NCBI GenBank assembly: GCA_963662335.2 | Contig: CAXXVD010000003.1 | Coordinates: 256,001-320,000, forward strand | Direction: 5' to 3' | Origin: Chloroflexota bacterium | GTDB taxonomy: Bacteria; Chloroflexota; UBA11872; VXOZ01 | Length of the DNA: 64,000 nucleotides | Part shown: positions 41,429 to 53,236 of the stretch, piece by piece | How the letters are laid out: each line of letters opens with the position of its first letter | Numbering within the stretch: the first letter of the stretch is position 1 | Notes under the pieces: generated by a model | What the model saw: only the letters and a program-made list of their open reading frames with translations | Told to the model about the DNA's origin: nothing | Database searches by the model: none | Position numbers and translations under genes: made by a program

Positions 41429-44400
41429 GTGCCCACGCCCGAGCCGACGGCGACACCGGAACCCACGCCTGAGCCGACGGCGACGCCGGAACCCACGCCT
41501 GAGCCGACGGCGACACCGGAATCCACGCCTGAGCCGACGGCGACACCGGAACCCACGCCTGAGCCGACACCGACACCGGAATCCACGCCTGAGCCGACGG
41601 CGACGCCGGAACCCACGCCGGAGCCGACGGCGACACCGGAATCCACGCTTGAGCCGACTGCGACACCGGAGTCCACGCTTGAGCCGACACCAACACCGGA
41701 ACCCACGCTTGAGCTGACACCGACACCAACACCCACGCCCACGCCAGACCCGGGCGAGGCGAAACCGGCCAAGAAAGACGAAGTGTCGGCCCTTAACGGC
41801 AACCAACTGCCGGTCATCACCAACCCGGGCAACCAGAGCTACTATCAAGGCGCCAGCGTAACCCTGCCCATCACCGTGACCGACGCGGACGGCGACACGC
41901 TCACCATTACGGTGACGGGTCTGCCCGATGACCTGTCCTACGCCAGCGGGAACGTCACCGGCACGATTTCGGGAACAACCACGACGGGCAGCCATACGGT
42001 GACGATCACCGCCAGCGACGGCGTGAACAGGGCGGTCACCGCATCCTTTACCATCACGGTCAATGCCAACGTGCCGCCGGTCATAGGCGCGCACGGCGAC
42101 AAGACGTATCACCGGGGCCAGACCATTACGGCCTTCGACATCAACGCTGCCGACTCGGACGGCGAAGCCCTCATCATCACCGTGACCAATCTTCCCGACG
42201 ACTTGAATCTCTCCAATCGCGGCAGTTTGGGCGGCAAGCGGGTGAGCGGAACGATAGCCGCCGACGCCGATCTGGGAATCTACATCGTAAGCATCACGGC
42301 GAGTGACAATAAAGCGGCGGCGGCAACCGGCTCTTTCACCATTACCGTCACCGGCGCCAATGCCCAACCCAGTTTCGCGTTGAGTAGCGTCAAGCGCGCC
42401 ATCGACGAGAATTCGCCGGCCAACACCGCGGTCGGCGCCGCCGTTACCGCTACGGACGCCAACGGGGACACCCTGGAGTATTCGCTCAGCGGCGCCGACG
42501 CCGGCAAGTTCACCATTGACTCGGCCACCGGCCAGATCAGGGTGAATGCCGGCACCACCCTGGACAAGGAGAGCCTGACCGGGCACTACAGCGTGACGGT
42601 GGGCGTGAGCGATAAGAAGAACGCCAGCGGCAGCGCCGATACCGTGGTTGACGATACCATTGCGGTGGAAGTGCACGTAGACGACGTGAATGAGCCGCCG
42701 CCCGCGCCGGCCGCGCCGACGGTGGCCGCGGACACAACCAATCCGCAGACCAGCCTGGCCGTTTCATGGCGAGCGCCGACGTCGACCATTATGGTCGGCA
42801 AGCCGGCGGTGAGCGACTATGACGTGCAGTACCGCATCAAAGGCGCGGTCTCCTATACCAACCACGTCTTCGACGGCACGGGAACCAGCGCCACTATCAC
42901 CGGCTTGAACGCCAATACAACCTACCAGGTGCAGGTGCGTGCCTCCAACGACGAAGGCACGGGCGCCTGGTCGGATGCGGGGGAAGGCAAGACGGACGCG
43001 GCTGCCGGCGCCAATCTCAATCCCGCCTTTGCGGCGAGTTCCACCACCCGCGCGGTGGCGGAGAGTTCCCCGGCCAACACGAACGTGGGCGCCGCCGTCA
43101 CCGCTACGGACCCCAACGGGGATACTCTGGAATATAGCCTGAGCGGCACGGACGCCGGCAGTTTCACCATCGGCGCGGCCACCGGCCAGATCACGGTGAA
43201 GTCCGGCACCACCCTAGACTACGACACCAAGAGTTCCTATAGCGTGACCGTGGGCGTCTCCGACAAGAAGGACACGTCGGGCAACGCCGACGCCGTGGTT
43301 GACGACACGATCGCGGTGACCATCAACGTAACCACGACAACGAACACCCCGCCGGTCATCACCGACCCCGGCACGCTCTATGTCTATCAGCACGGCGTCT
43401 ACGGCGGCAGTGGGCACCATGAAGGTCTTGCCATTACGGTATCCGATGCCGAGGGTACCCCCACCGTGACGCTTTCCGGCCTGCCCTCCTATTTGTCCTA
43501 CGCCAACGGCAAGATCACCGGCTCTGTTCCCGGCAACGCCGCGACGGGCAACCATACGGTGACCATCACCGCCAGCGACGGCCAGAACCGGGCGGTCACC
43601 GCAACGTTCACGCTCAGCGTCCAAGCCAACGAGAAGCCGGTCTTGAGCGCGCCCGCGAACACGACCGCCTATCAGGGCCAACCCATTGCTACCCTGGCCA
43701 TCGGCGTCGCCGACAATGACAAGAACGGCTTCACGATCCACGTGCTCAATCTCCCCAAGGGCTTGACCCAGGAATACTTCAACAGCGGCGGCAAGACGGT
43801 CGGCAAGCATGTGAAGGGCACGATCGCCACCGACGCCGGCACGGGCAACTATACCGTCACGATCAACGTGAACGAAACCAGCGGAGCGAAGGTGACCGAG
43901 ACGTTCACGATCTACGTCCATACCGGCGCGCCGGATGCAACGGGCGCTCCCACCGTGGCCCAGAATTCCGGCGAGCCGAGCACCAAGCTGGACGTCTCGT
44001 GGACGGCCCCCAGCGTAACGGGCCGCACGGCCATCACCGATTACGACGTGCAGTACCGCGTCAACGGCGCGTCCTCATGGACTTCCCACGCCTTCACCGG
44101 CACGGGGACCAGCACGACTCTGAGTGGCCTGACCCAGGCCACCAACTACCAGGTGCAGGTGCGCGCCACCAACGGCTTCGGCAGCGGCAGGTGGTCGCCC
44201 GTCACGCTCCGCAGGACCGCCGGCAGTAACGTCAATCCTCAATTTGCGTCGGCAAGCGCCAGCCGCGCCGTGGCTGAGAATTCTGCCGCCAGCGCCAGCG
44301 TGGGCGACGCCGTCGCCGCCACGGACAGCAACGCCGATACCCTGGAATACACCCTGAGCGGCACTGACGCCGGCAAGTTCACCATCGGCTTGAACACGGG

Positions 44401-47400
44401 CCAGATCAAGGTGAAGAGCGGCACGACCCTGAACTACGAATCCAGCGCCAAGTCCTACAGCGTGACCGTGGGCGTCAGCGACAAGAAAGACACCAGCGAC
44501 AACGCCGACGCGGTGGTGGACGACACTATCGCCGTTACCATCAACGTGTCCAACGTGAACGAGCCGCCGGACGCCCCCAGCCTTTCCGTCTCCCAGAACA
44601 CCACAAATCCGCATAACAGCCTGGATCTCTCGTGGACGGCGACCAACGCGAGCGGCCGCCCGACGATCAACAAGTACCACTACTACTACCGGAAGAAGGG
44701 GGAGAGCGCCTATCCCCCGGCGAACAAGAAGACCTTGAACTCGACGCTGACCGCAGTCACGCAGACCATCAGCGGTCTGGAGGCAAGCACCACCTACCAG
44801 GTGCGGGTGCGCGCCTGGAACGACGATGGCAAGAGCGAGTGGTCGACCACAGTCGAGGCCAAGACGGCCGCGACGGCGCAGCAGGCAACGCCGACACCAA
44901 CACCAACACCGACGGCAACGCCTACGCCTACGCCTACACCAACACCGACGCCGACGCCGACGCCAACGCCAACGCCAACACCGACGCCGACGCCGACGCC
45001 GACGCCAACGCCAACGCCAACACCGACGCCAACGCCAACACCAACGCCGACGCCGGTTTCCAACGCGCCGCCGAGTTTCGGCGCCAATACCGCTAGCCGC
45101 AGCATCGCCGAGAATGCTGCCGCCGGCACGAACGTGGGGACGGCGGTGGCGGCGACGGACGCGGACGGCGATACGTTGACCTATAGCCTGACTGGGACCG
45201 ACGCGGCAAAGTTCACCATCGGCAGTTCAACCGGTCAGATAGCGGTCAAGGCCGGGAATATCCCCGACTATGAAGCGAAAACGTCGTATAGCGTCACGGT
45301 GAACGTGACGGACGGGAAGAACGGCAGCGGCGGCAGCGACAATACGATCGACGACACGATTGCGGTGACGATCAACGTCACGGACGTGAACGAGCCGCCG
45401 GTGAAGGTGAGCGCGCCGACGGTGAGCGCCAACAGCACGACGCCCACGACCAAGCTGGACGTGAGTTGGACCGCGCCGACGACGACCGAGATGGCCGGCA
45501 AACCGGCGGTAACCGACTACGACGTGCGGTACCGCCAAGCCGGGGCGAGGGATTGGACGGACGCCTCCTTTACCGGCACCACCACGAGCACGACCTTGAG
45601 CGGGCTGACGGCCGGCAAGACGTACCAGGTGCAGGTGCGCGCGGTGAACGCCGAGGGCAACGGGCCGTGGTCGTTCAGCGGCACGGCGATTACCCAGGCA
45701 AGCGGCGTGACGCGCAGCGTGGCCGAGAATTCCGCGGCCGGGACGAACGTGGGCGCGGCGGTGTCCGCGACCGCGGAGGAGCGCTACACGTATACGTACG
45801 CGCTGAGCGGCACGGACAGCGCCAGCTTCAGCATTGGCAGCAGCACCGGCCAGATTACGGTGGGCACGGGGACGGACCTGGACTACGAGACCAAGACGTC
45901 GTACAGCGTCATCGTGACGGTCACGGTGGCGGCGAATGCGCAGTCGGATGGCGCTAACACGCAGTCGCTAGACCCGAACGCCCCGGGCAACTACACGATA
46001 CCGGTGACGATCAACGTGACGGACGTGAACGAGAAGCCGACACTGCCGACCCTGCCGGAAGGCGCCACGAGCCTGAGCCGGAGCGTGGCGGAAAATTCCG
46101 CGGTCGGGACCAACGTCGGCGCGGCGGTGACGGCCAGCGACGTGGAAGGCGATACCCTGACCTACGGCCTGAGCGGCACGGACGCGGCGAGCTTCACCAT
46201 CGTATCGACCAGCGGGCAGATCCAGGTGAAAACCGGGAACATTCCCGACTACGAGGCGAAGAGTTCGTACAGCCTGAACGTGACGGTGAGCGACGGCAAG
46301 GACGGCCAGGGCAACGACGATACGAGCGTGGACGCCACGGTGGCGGTGACGATTACGATTACCGACGTGGACGAGCCGCCGGTGAAGCTGAGCGCGCCGT
46401 CGGTGTCGGCCCACGCCACCACGCCGGCGAGCAAGCTGGACGTCTCGTGGACGGCGTTGACGAATACCCAGATGGCCGGCAAGCCGGCGGTGAGCGACTA
46501 CGACGTGCAGTACCGCTTGGCCGGGGCGAGCGACTGGACCAGCCACAGCTTTAGCGGCACGGGCACGAGCACGACGCTGGCGAGTCTGACGGCGGGCAAG
46601 AGCTATGAAGTGCAGGTGCGCCCGGTGAACGCCGAGGGGAATGGGCCGTGGTCGGACGCGGGTGCGGCGATTACGACGGCCGGCAGCGTGAGCCGGTCGG
46701 TGGCGGAGAATGCTGCCGCCGGCGCGAACGTGGGCGCGGCGGTGACCGCGGCGAGCAATCCCAATGACTACACACTGACGCATTCGTTGGGCGGCACGGA
46801 CGCGGGTTCGTTCACCATCGAGAGCGGCACGGGCCAGATCAAGGTGAAGAGCGGCGCAAGCCTGGACTACGAGACGAAGAAGTCCTACAGCGTGACGGTG
46901 ACAGTGAAGGCGGCCGCGGCCGGCGTGCAGTCGTCTGGCCTGAGCCCGAACGCGCCGGGCGACTACGCGATACCGGTGACGATCAACGTCACGGACGTGA
47001 ACGAGGAGCCGGCGCTGCCGAGCCTGCCTAAGGACAAGACGAGTCTGAGCCGCAGCATCGCCGAGAATTCTGCCGCCGGCACGAACGTGGGCGCGGCGGT
47101 AACGGCGACGGATCCGGAGGGCGATACGTTGACGTATAGCCTGACCGGAACGGACGCGGCCAAGTTCAACATTGGCAGTTCCACCGGCCAGATCACGGTC
47201 AAGTCGGGGAACATACCGGACTATGAGGCCAAGACGTCGTACAGCGTCACGGTGAACGTGACGGATGGCAAGAAGGCCGACGGCACGGCGGACACGACGA
47301 TCGACGCTACGGTCGTGGTGACGATCAACGTGACCGACGTGAACGAGCCGCCGCCCAAGCCGGCCGCGCCGACGGTGGCGCAGAACAGCGCCTCGTCCAA

Positions 47401-50026
47401 GACCAAGTTGGACGTGAGTTGGACAGCGCCGGACGTGACCGGCAAGCCGGCGATTACGGACTACGACGTGCAATACAAGAAGGCCAGTGAGAATTCGTGG
47501 ACGAGCCACAGCTTCAGCGGCACGGGCACGAGCACGACGCTCACGGGCTTGAGCGAGGGCACGACGTACCACGTGCAGGTGAAAGCGATCAATGATGAGG
47601 GGAACAGCGGCTGGTCGGACAGCGGCAGCGCGCACACGCAGGCCAAGAACGTGAACCCGTCGTTCGCGGATGACACGGCTACCCGCAGCATCGTCGAGAA
47701 CTCGGCGGGCGGCACGAACGTGGGGGCGGCGGTGGCGGCCAGCGACGCGGAAGGCGACACGCTGACGTATACGCTGACCGGAACCGGCACGGCTGTGTTC
47801 ACCATCGTCGCGTCCAGCGGCCAGATACAGGTGAAGGCGGGCGCCGACCTGAACTATGAGGGCAAGAAAGTGTTCACCATGACGGTGACGGTGTCCGACG
47901 GGAAAGACACCGACGGCAAGGCGGACACGGCGATCGACGACACGATCGCGGTAACGGTCAACATTACCGACGTGAACGAGAAGCCGTCGTTCAGCAAAGA
48001 CACGGTTACGCGCAGCATACCCGAGAACTCGCCGGCGGGCACGGGCGGGACGTTCACGGCCACGGACCCGGACGGCGATACGCTGACCTATTCTCTGAGC
48101 GGAGACGACGCGGACAAGTTCGCGTTCGATACTTCCACTGGGAAGGTCACGGTCAAGGCGAGCCACATTCCCGACTATGAGACCAAGAATTCGTACAGCT
48201 TCACGGTTGGCGTCAGCGACGGAAAGGATAGTGACGGCAACACCGACACGAAGGTCGATGACACGCTCGCGGTGACGATCAACGTGACGGACGTGACCGG
48301 CCCGGCGCAGCCGGCCGCGCCAACGGTGGCGCAGAACACGACTAGTCCCGCTACCCGTTTGAAGGTTTCGTGGACGGCGCCCAGTTCCACCCATTCCGGC
48401 GGGCTCACGGACTACGACGTGCAGTACCGGATCAAGAACACCACGAACCCGAATACATGGACTGCCCACGGTTTCACGGGCACGGGGACGCAGACCGTCC
48501 TGGCGGGCCTGACGGCGGACACCACCTATGAGGTGCAGGTGCGGGCCGCCGACGCCGAGGGCGAAAGCGCCTGGTCGGCCGCGGGCGAGGGCACGACGGC
48601 CAACGCGCAGCCGACGCCGACGCCCACGCCGGTTCCCAACCTAAAACCGGAGTTCCCAAGCGATTCGACCACCCGCAGCATTGCCGAGAACTCTGCGGCG
48701 GGATCGAATGTCGGCGCGCCGGTGAAGGCCACGGACGCGGACGGGGACACCCTGACGTACGGCCTGGGCGGGAGCGGCGCCGCCGCGTTCAAGATCGACG
48801 CGGCCTCCGGCCAAATCAAGCTGAAGACGGGCGCGGCGCTGGACTATGAGTCCAAGTCCTCCTACACCGTCATCGTGTCTGTCGACGAGCAGTGTGAAGG
48901 CGTCTGTCCCCAGGTGGTGGACGACACCATTACCGTTACCATCAAGGTGACGGACGTGAACGAGCCGCCGGCCGCGCCGGCCGCGCCCACGGTGACCGCC
49001 AGCGCCGACACGCCGCTCAGCCAGTTGGACGTCTCGTGGACGGCCCCGAATATGAGCGGCGAGCCGGCCATCAGCGGCTACGCCGTCCGGTATCGCGAGA
49101 AAGGCGCGACCGGCTGGACTTCCCAGAACTTCATGGGCGCGGGCACGGCTACCGTCATCACCGGCCTGCAAGGGAGCACGAGGTATGAGGTGCAGGTGAA
49201 GGCGCGCAACGACGAGGGCGCGAGCGCCTGGTCGGCCAGCGGCGAGGGCGCGACGGCCGCGGCCCTGGTGGAGCCGACGGCAACGCCGATACCGACCGCG
49301 ACGCCAACGCCAACGCCGATACCGACCGCGACGCCAACGCCAACGCCGCCGCGGCAGTCGCCGCAGAACTCGCCGCCGACGTACTCGCCGATTTCCCTGA
49401 ATCCCTCGCCGCCACGGCTGCCATTGCCGGTGCCGCCAACCGCCATCGGCGATACGGTCTGCGCCACGGCGCATGACTATGGGAACCGGATGCGCATATA
49501 CCGCAAGGACGGCGGGGCGGATCTGAGTATCCAGATCGGCTCGCTCTCCGTCGGCGGCAGCCTGCTGACGGTGGCCGGCTTCATCCGCGACGGCACGCTG
49601 GGTCAGACCTATAGCATCGTGCGCTACCAGGCCGACGGCCGCGTGGCGCGGATGTGGGTGGATCCGGACGACCCGCTCGTCGAGGAGATCGATTGGGAAG
49701 AGGTGAACACGAAGTATACGGTGCCCGTCTGCGTGGTGGCGGCCATCCCGCTGGACGATCGCTACCCGGCCATTGGCCAACTGGCGCGCCGCTTCGACGG
49801 CACGGACGACCGCATCTTCCGGCACGTGGGCAACCAGGTGTGGCGGCACGTGCCGGACCCCGCCACCTTCCAGGCGATGGGACTCTTCTGGTGCAACGTG
49901 ACGGCGGCGGACGCGAGCTTCTTCCGGCGGATCGTCACCGCCGACCCGCTGCCCAGCGCCGACGCGGAGCCGCGAAGCGACTACCCAAGCTGCTGGTCGT
50001 GGGAGGATACGGAACGCTCCCGCTGA
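41429..50026 (+). CDS. Giant surface protein 3, main part (Ig-like, cadherin, FN3 repeats, conserved C-terminal domain); continuation of 40450-41418 after a frameshift
   Basis: The 2865-aa ORF begins inside a PT linker with no signal peptide or RBS. Repeat motifs and the C-terminal domain match genes 1 and 2. Confidence 0.88.
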   Translation: MPTPEPTATPEPTPEPTATPEPTPEPTATPESTPEPTATPEPTPEPTPTPESTPEPTATPEPTPEPTATPESTLEPTATPESTLEPTPTPEPTLELTPTPTPTPTPDPGEAKPAKKDEVSALNGNQLPVITNPGNQSYYQGASVTLPITVTDADGDTLTITVTGLPDDLSYASGNVTGTISGTTTTGSHTVTITASDGVNRAVTASFTITVNANVPPVIGAHGDKTYHRGQTITAFDINAADSDGEALIITVTNLPDDLNLSNRGSLGGKRVSGTIAADADLGIYIVSITASDNKAAAATGSFTITVTGANAQPSFALSSVKRAIDENSPANTAVGAAVTATDANGDTLEYSLSGADAGKFTIDSATGQIRVNAGTTLDKESLTGHYSVTVGVSDKKNASGSADTVVDDTIAVEVHVDDVNEPPPAPAAPTVAADTTNPQTSLAVSWRAPTSTIMVGKPAVSDYDVQYRIKGAVSYTNHVFDGTGTSATITGLNANTTYQVQVRASNDEGTGAWSDAGEGKTDAAAGANLNPAFAASSTTRAVAESSPANTNVGAAVTATDPNGDTLEYSLSGTDAGSFTIGAATGQITVKSGTTLDYDTKSSYSVTVGVSDKKDTSGNADAVVDDTIAVTINVTTTTNTPPVITDPGTLYVYQHGVYGGSGHHEGLAITVSDAEGTPTVTLSGLPSYLSYANGKITGSVPGNAATGNHTVTITASDGQNRAVTATFTLSVQANEKPVLSAPANTTAYQGQPIATLAIGVADNDKNGFTIHVLNLPKGLTQEYFNSGGKTVGKHVKGTIATDAGTGNYTVTINVNETSGAKVTETFTIYVHTGAPDATGAPTVAQNSGEPSTKLDVSWTAPSVTGRTAITDYDVQYRVNGASSWTSHAFTGTGTSTTLSGLTQATNYQVQVRATNGFGSGRWSPVTLRRTAGSNVNPQFASASASRAVAENSAASASVGDAVAATDSNADTLEYTLSGTDAGKFTIGLNTGQIKVKSGTTLNYESSAKSYSVTVGVSDKKDTSDNADAVVDDTIAVTINVSNVNEPPDAPSLSVSQNTTNPHNSLDLSWTATNASGRPTINKYHYYYRKKGESAYPPANKKTLNSTLTAVTQTISGLEASTTYQVRVRAWNDDGKSEWSTTVEAKTAATAQQATPTPTPTPTATPTPTPTPTPTPTPTPTPTPTPTPTPTPTPTPTPTPTPTPTPTPTPVSNAPPSFGANTASRSIAENAAAGTNVGTAVAATDADGDTLTYSLTGTDAAKFTIGSSTGQIAVKAGNIPDYEAKTSYSVTVNVTDGKNGSGGSDNTIDDTIAVTINVTDVNEPPVKVSAPTVSANSTTPTTKLDVSWTAPTTTEMAGKPAVTDYDVRYRQAGARDWTDASFTGTTTSTTLSGLTAGKTYQVQVRAVNAEGNGPWSFSGTAITQASGVTRSVAENSAAGTNVGAAVSATAEERYTYTYALSGTDSASFSIGSSTGQITVGTGTDLDYETKTSYSVIVTVTVAANAQSDGANTQSLDPNAPGNYTIPVTINVTDVNEKPTLPTLPEGATSLSRSVAENSAVGTNVGAAVTASDVEGDTLTYGLSGTDAASFTIVSTSGQIQVKTGNIPDYEAKSSYSLNVTVSDGKDGQGNDDTSVDATVAVTITITDVDEPPVKLSAPSVSAHATTPASKLDVSWTALTNTQMAGKPAVSDYDVQYRLAGASDWTSHSFSGTGTSTTLASLTAGKSYEVQVRPVNAEGNGPWSDAGAAITTAGSVSRSVAENAAAGANVGAAVTAASNPNDYTLTHSLGGTDAGSFTIESGTGQIKVKSGASLDYETKKSYSVTVTVKAAAAGVQSSGLSPNAPGDYAIPVTINVTDVNEEPALPSLPKDKTSLSRSIAENSAAGTNVGAAVTATDPEGDTLTYSLTGTDAAKFNIGSSTGQITVKSGNIPDYEAKTSYSVTVNVTDGKKADGTADTTIDATVVVTINVTDVNEPPPKPAAPTVAQNSASSKTKLDVSWTAPDVTGKPAITDYDVQYKKASENSWTSHSFSGTGTSTTLTGLSEGTTYHVQVKAINDEGNSGWSDSGSAHTQAKNVNPSFADDTATRSIVENSAGGTNVGAAVAASDAEGDTLTYTLTGTGTAVFTIVASSGQIQVKAGADLNYEGKKVFTMTVTVSDGKDTDGKADTAIDDTIAVTVNITDVNEKPSFSKDTVTRSIPENSPAGTGGTFTATDPDGDTLTYSLSGDDADKFAFDTSTGKVTVKASHIPDYETKNSYSFTVGVSDGKDSDGNTDTKVDDTLAVTINVTDVTGPAQPAAPTVAQNTTSPATRLKVSWTAPSSTHSGGLTDYDVQYRIKNTTNPNTWTAHGFTGTGTQTVLAGLTADTTYEVQVRAADAEGESAWSAAGEGTTANAQPTPTPTPVPNLKPEFPSDSTTRSIAENSAAGSNVGAPVKATDADGDTLTYGLGGSGAAAFKIDAASGQIKLKTGAALDYESKSSYTVIVSVDEQCEGVCPQVVDDTITVTIKVTDVNEPPAAPAAPTVTASADTPLSQLDVSWTAPNMSGEPAISGYAVRYREKGATGWTSQNFMGAGTATVITGLQGSTRYEVQVKARNDEGASAWSASGEGATAAALVEPTATPIPTATPTPTPIPTATPTPTPPRQSPQNSPPTYSPISLNPSPPRLPLPVPPTAIGDTVCATAHDYGNRMRIYRKDGGADLSIQIGSLSVGGSLLTVAGFIRDGTLGQTYSIVRYQADGRVARMWVDPDDPLVEEIDWEEVNTKYTVPVCVVAAIPLDDRYPAIGQLARRFDGTDDRIFRHVGNQVWRHVPDPATFQAMGLFWCNVTAADASFFRRIVTADPLPSADAEPRSDYPSCWSWEDTERSR
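44888..45054 (+). repeat. (ACNCCN)n coding repeat, near-pure Thr-Pro run
   Basis: About 28 consecutive TP dipeptides. Confidence 0.85.
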
Positions 50027-50086
50027 TAACAAGACCGCATATGCGCGATACCAAACCGGGCGCCCGCTCCAGGCAGGCGCCCTGGA

Positions 50087-50130
50087 GAAGGCCGCCCCGC
50101 GACAGCGCCTGCCGCGGGGCGGCCTTCTTC
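50087..50130 (+). terminator. Intrinsic terminator of giant gene 3
   Basis: GAAGGCCGCCCCGCG...CGCGGGGCGGCCTTC followed by TTC; related to terminators 1 and 2. Confidence 0.7.
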
Positions 50131-50176
50131 GTTGGGTTTACTTTGTCGTCTGCCCTTGCTCCCGGCGGGGGACAAG

Positions 50177-50436
50177 CCCCCGCGCTACGTTGCTGCGACG
50201 GCATTGGCCCCTGCGCTACGTTACTGCGGCGACATTGACCCCTGCGCTACGTTACTGCGGCGACATTGACCCCTGCGCTACGTTACTGCGGCGACATTGA
50301 CCCCCGCGCTGCGCTACAGCGGCGACATTGACCCCCGCGCTACGTTGCCGCGGCGACATTGACCCCTGCGCTACGTTGCTGCGGCGACATTGACCCCTGC
50401 GCTACGTTACTGCGGCGACATTGACCCCCGCGCTGC
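50177..50436. repeat. 31-bp tandem repeat, about 8 copies, growing out of a REP end
   Basis: Unit CCCC(T/C)GCGCTACGTT(A/G)CTGCGGCGACATTGA with no spacers. The first unit overlaps the REP at 50164-50188. Confidence 0.9.
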
Positions 50437-50830
50437 GCTCATGCGAGAACATCTAGTGAGAAGGTGGCGCGAGGAGCGCGACGATTGTCATTCCGAGCGC
50501 AGTGCGTTATTCCGAGTTGCGGCGTGTCATTCCGAGTGCAGCGTCGAACTGTGTTCGCGGAATCTAGGGGCCCTTAGCGCATACGGTCTCGCAGTCCAGC
50601 ATCCGAGATTCCGAACGGAGTGAGGAATGACGGGGGGTCGCGGCCGTTGGCCGTCGTTCCGGCGGAATCCATGTGTGTGGCTCCTTGACGGTCATTCCGG
50701 CGAAAGCCGGAATGACAGCAAGCGTGGGGAATGACGAACGGTGTGGGGGAGTGACGGACAGCGCGCGCCTGGGGCGGCGCCGGCCCTTTCGCGCCAAGGC
50801 GGCGCCGGCCCTTTCGCGCCAAGGCGGCGC

Positions 50831-51667
50831 TTACGGAGACGGCAGCGGCGTGGCGTTGACGGTGATGACCACCTCGCCTTCGCCCTGGTCGACCGCCTCG
50901 AGGACCACCGGGTCTTGGCTTGCGGCCAAGGGGCCAATGGCGCGCTCGTTCACGGTAATCTCGATACCGCCGGTGCGTCCTAACGTAATGGTGACACTCT
51001 CCGCGCCGGACCACGTGCGCGGCTCTGTGCCCTGCGCGGTATCCGGGCCGATGGTGCCGCCAAAGGCGCTGGCGCCGTCGACCGCTACGCCGATCCAGAC
51101 CTGCTGGGTGGCCGCGCGCAGGGTGACGTTAACGCCGGTGACCGCGGTAGGAGTCGGCGTCGGCGCCGTCGTGGGCGTGGGAATGGGAGTTGGCGTCCGG
51201 ACAGGCGGCAATTCAACCAAGGGCGTGGGTTCGCTGGTGGGAGTGGCTGTTCTCTCAGGCGTCGCCGCCGGGGCCGGCCCGGCCGACAGGAACTCCTGGT
51301 AGAGAAAGTTCAAGAGCACGCCAATCGCCGCCAGGAGCAGGAGCGCTACCAGAAGTTTGGGTCCCCGCCGTGAATTCGGCCGCCCGCGCTCGCCGTTGGA
51401 CGGCGGCAGCGGCGGCTGGGCGCGCGTGCGTTGCTGACGGTCATACTCTTCGACGATCTCCGCCGCGATCAAGCCAAGATAGCGGGCGTAGTTGAGGAGG
51501 AAGCCGCGCGTGTAGACCGGCGCGGGCAGCGCGTCGAAGTCCTCCGCTTCCAGCGCGTGCAACGCAGAGCGGCGGATGCGCGTGGCGGACGCGGCCTGGT
51601 CGAGCGAGACACCTTTCGCTAACCGCGCCGCGCGCAGCGTTTCGCCTATGTGCAGCGGCTCATCCAT
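50831..51667 (-). CDS. rodZ: RodZ-like protein (HTH, TM, DUF4115-like domain)
   Basis: IGETLRAARLAKGVSL...TRIR...L.ALE.EDFDALP.PVYTRGFL.NYARYLGL, a single TM, a PT linker and a C-terminal WI.V.VDG domain. Confidence 0.82.
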   Translation of the reverse strand: MDEPLHIGETLRAARLAKGVSLDQAASATRIRRSALHALEAEDFDALPAPVYTRGFLLNYARYLGLIAAEIVEEYDRQQRTRAQPPLPPSNGERGRPNSRRGPKLLVALLLLAAIGVLLNFLYQEFLSAGPAPAATPERTATPTSEPTPLVELPPVRTPTPIPTPTTAPTPTPTAVTGVNVTLRAATQQVWIGVAVDGASAFGGTIGPDTAQGTEPRTWSGAESVTITLGRTGGIEITVNERAIGPLAASQDPVVLEAVDQGEGEVVITVNATPLPSP

Positions 51668-52347
51668 GTGCCTACTCCACGGCGGGCGGCAACGACGGCA
51701 AGCGGACGCCGCCTACGCCGTCCAGCAGCGCCTGCCTTGCCTAACCGGCTGGCCGCCAACCGATTGTTGAGGAAAAGGGAAGATTCCCACACTTTGGATA
51801 ATTAATATCTATCTTGATAAAGTGTCAGCAACACGTCCCGAATGTATGAAACCTATCGTACTAAAGTGCGGTATTCTGTGCACGTACCGTCAGCCGTACC
51901 CACGGAGCGTGACTACCCAAATCACATTAGACGAGGGAAGAGCCGCACAGGGCGGTTGCCGTTTTCCAAACGAGGCGCATGGCCGCGCAACGAAAGACGG
52001 CGCGCCTTCATGCGGTAATTGCTCCCAAACACCGCAATCGGCCCGGGCGGGTATAATCTCAAGGAGATAGGGAAAGCGCGGAAACAAGGCGTTTCCCCCG
52101 TTCGGGCCGCAGCGCGCGTCTTCTCCGCGCCGGGACGCGCATACGCGCATCGGCTCGCGCTACCCTGTCCTCAGAATAACAGAATCGAAAGATGGTTGCG
52201 TGCGGAAAACGCGCCGTGCCGGTGATGTGGCGCAAGTCCCGGCGCGACGGCAGCCGGCCGGAAGAGCGCCGGGCAACCCCGGGTGGGCGCATTCCGCAAG
52301 AGGGCGGCGCGCGCATGCACAGACCGCGAAAGGAGCGCGGCCACACG

Positions 52348-53196
52348 ATGGTCCCCAGCGTAGACGCCTGGATGCGGCTCTCCACTGAGCAACTGCAACG
52401 AGCGGCCAAGACGCCGCTGCGCATCGCGCCGGACCGCGCGGCGCTCCATGCGGCCTTTGCCCGCGAGATTGCCGACGAGATCAAGGCCCGCAACGCCGCC
52501 GGCGAACCCACGCGGCTCATCCTGCCGGTGGGCCCAATCGGGCACTACCCGCTGCTGGCGGAAATCTGCAACCGCGAGCGCATCTCGTGGCGGAACGTGT
52601 GGACGTTCAACATGGATGAGTACTGCGATTGGGAAGGGCGCTCCATTCCGCTGGACCATCCGCTGAGCTTCGAGGGGTACATGCGCGGGGAGTTCTTCGC
52701 GCGGCTCGACGCCGACCTGCGCATGCCGGCGGACCGGGTCTGCTTTCCGCGCATCGAGCGCATCGACGAGGTGAGCGAGCAGATCGCGGCGCTCGGCGGC
52801 ATCGACACCTGCTACGGCGGCATCGGCGTCCACGGCCACGTGGCGTTCAACGAGCCGCCAATCAGCCGCTTCCATCAGGTGACGCTGGCGGACTTCCGCA
52901 ATTCGCGCACCCGCGTGCTGCCCCTGGCCCCGGAAACCATGGTGATGAACTCCATTAGGCGCGCGGGCGGCAACTTCTACACGTTCCCGCCCATGGCGAT
53001 CACTATCGGCATGAAGGACATCCTGGCGTCCCGCCGCGTCCGCCTCTACTGCGACGGCGGCGATTGGCAAAAAGCCATCCTGCGCATCTCCCTGCTGGGC
53101 GAGGTCAGCGCCGACTACCCGGCCACGCTGCTGCAAGAGCACGCGGACGCGGTGATTACCGCCGACGCCGAAACCGCCGCGCCGCTAGCGCTCTAG
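52348..53196 (+). CDS. Glucosamine-6-phosphate deaminase/isomerase (NagB-like) family protein
   Basis: ILPVGP, FNMDEY, HPLSF, GGIG.HGHVAFNEP, AITIGMKDIL and YPATLLQEH. The start is uncertain (52192 to 52348). Confidence 0.88.
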   Translation: MVPSVDAWMRLSTEQLQRAAKTPLRIAPDRAALHAAFAREIADEIKARNAAGEPTRLILPVGPIGHYPLLAEICNRERISWRNVWTFNMDEYCDWEGRSIPLDHPLSFEGYMRGEFFARLDADLRMPADRVCFPRIERIDEVSEQIAALGGIDTCYGGIGVHGHVAFNEPPISRFHQVTLADFRNSRTRVLPLAPETMVMNSIRRAGGNFYTFPPMAITIGMKDILASRRVRLYCDGGDWQKAILRISLLGEVSADYPATLLQEHADAVITADAETAAPLAL

Positions 53197-53236
53197 TGCC
53201 AGTCTGCGCATAGAGTAAACTGGGTATGGTAGTCGG

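Noticed and set aside
24400-48469. Long antisense ORFs over the giant genes (e.g. 24400-26796, 35458-37326, 45968-48469)
   Set aside because: These are Arg/His/Val-rich shadow frames produced by GC-rich repetitive codons, with no recognisable motifs.
21796-50026. Diversity-generating retroelement acting on the giant genes
   Set aside because: There is no reverse transcriptase, and I saw no template/variable repeat pair differing only at adenines. Divergence includes indels and all bases.
50177-50436. CRISPR array
   Set aside because: The 31-bp units are head to tail with no unique spacers, and there are no cas genes in the window.
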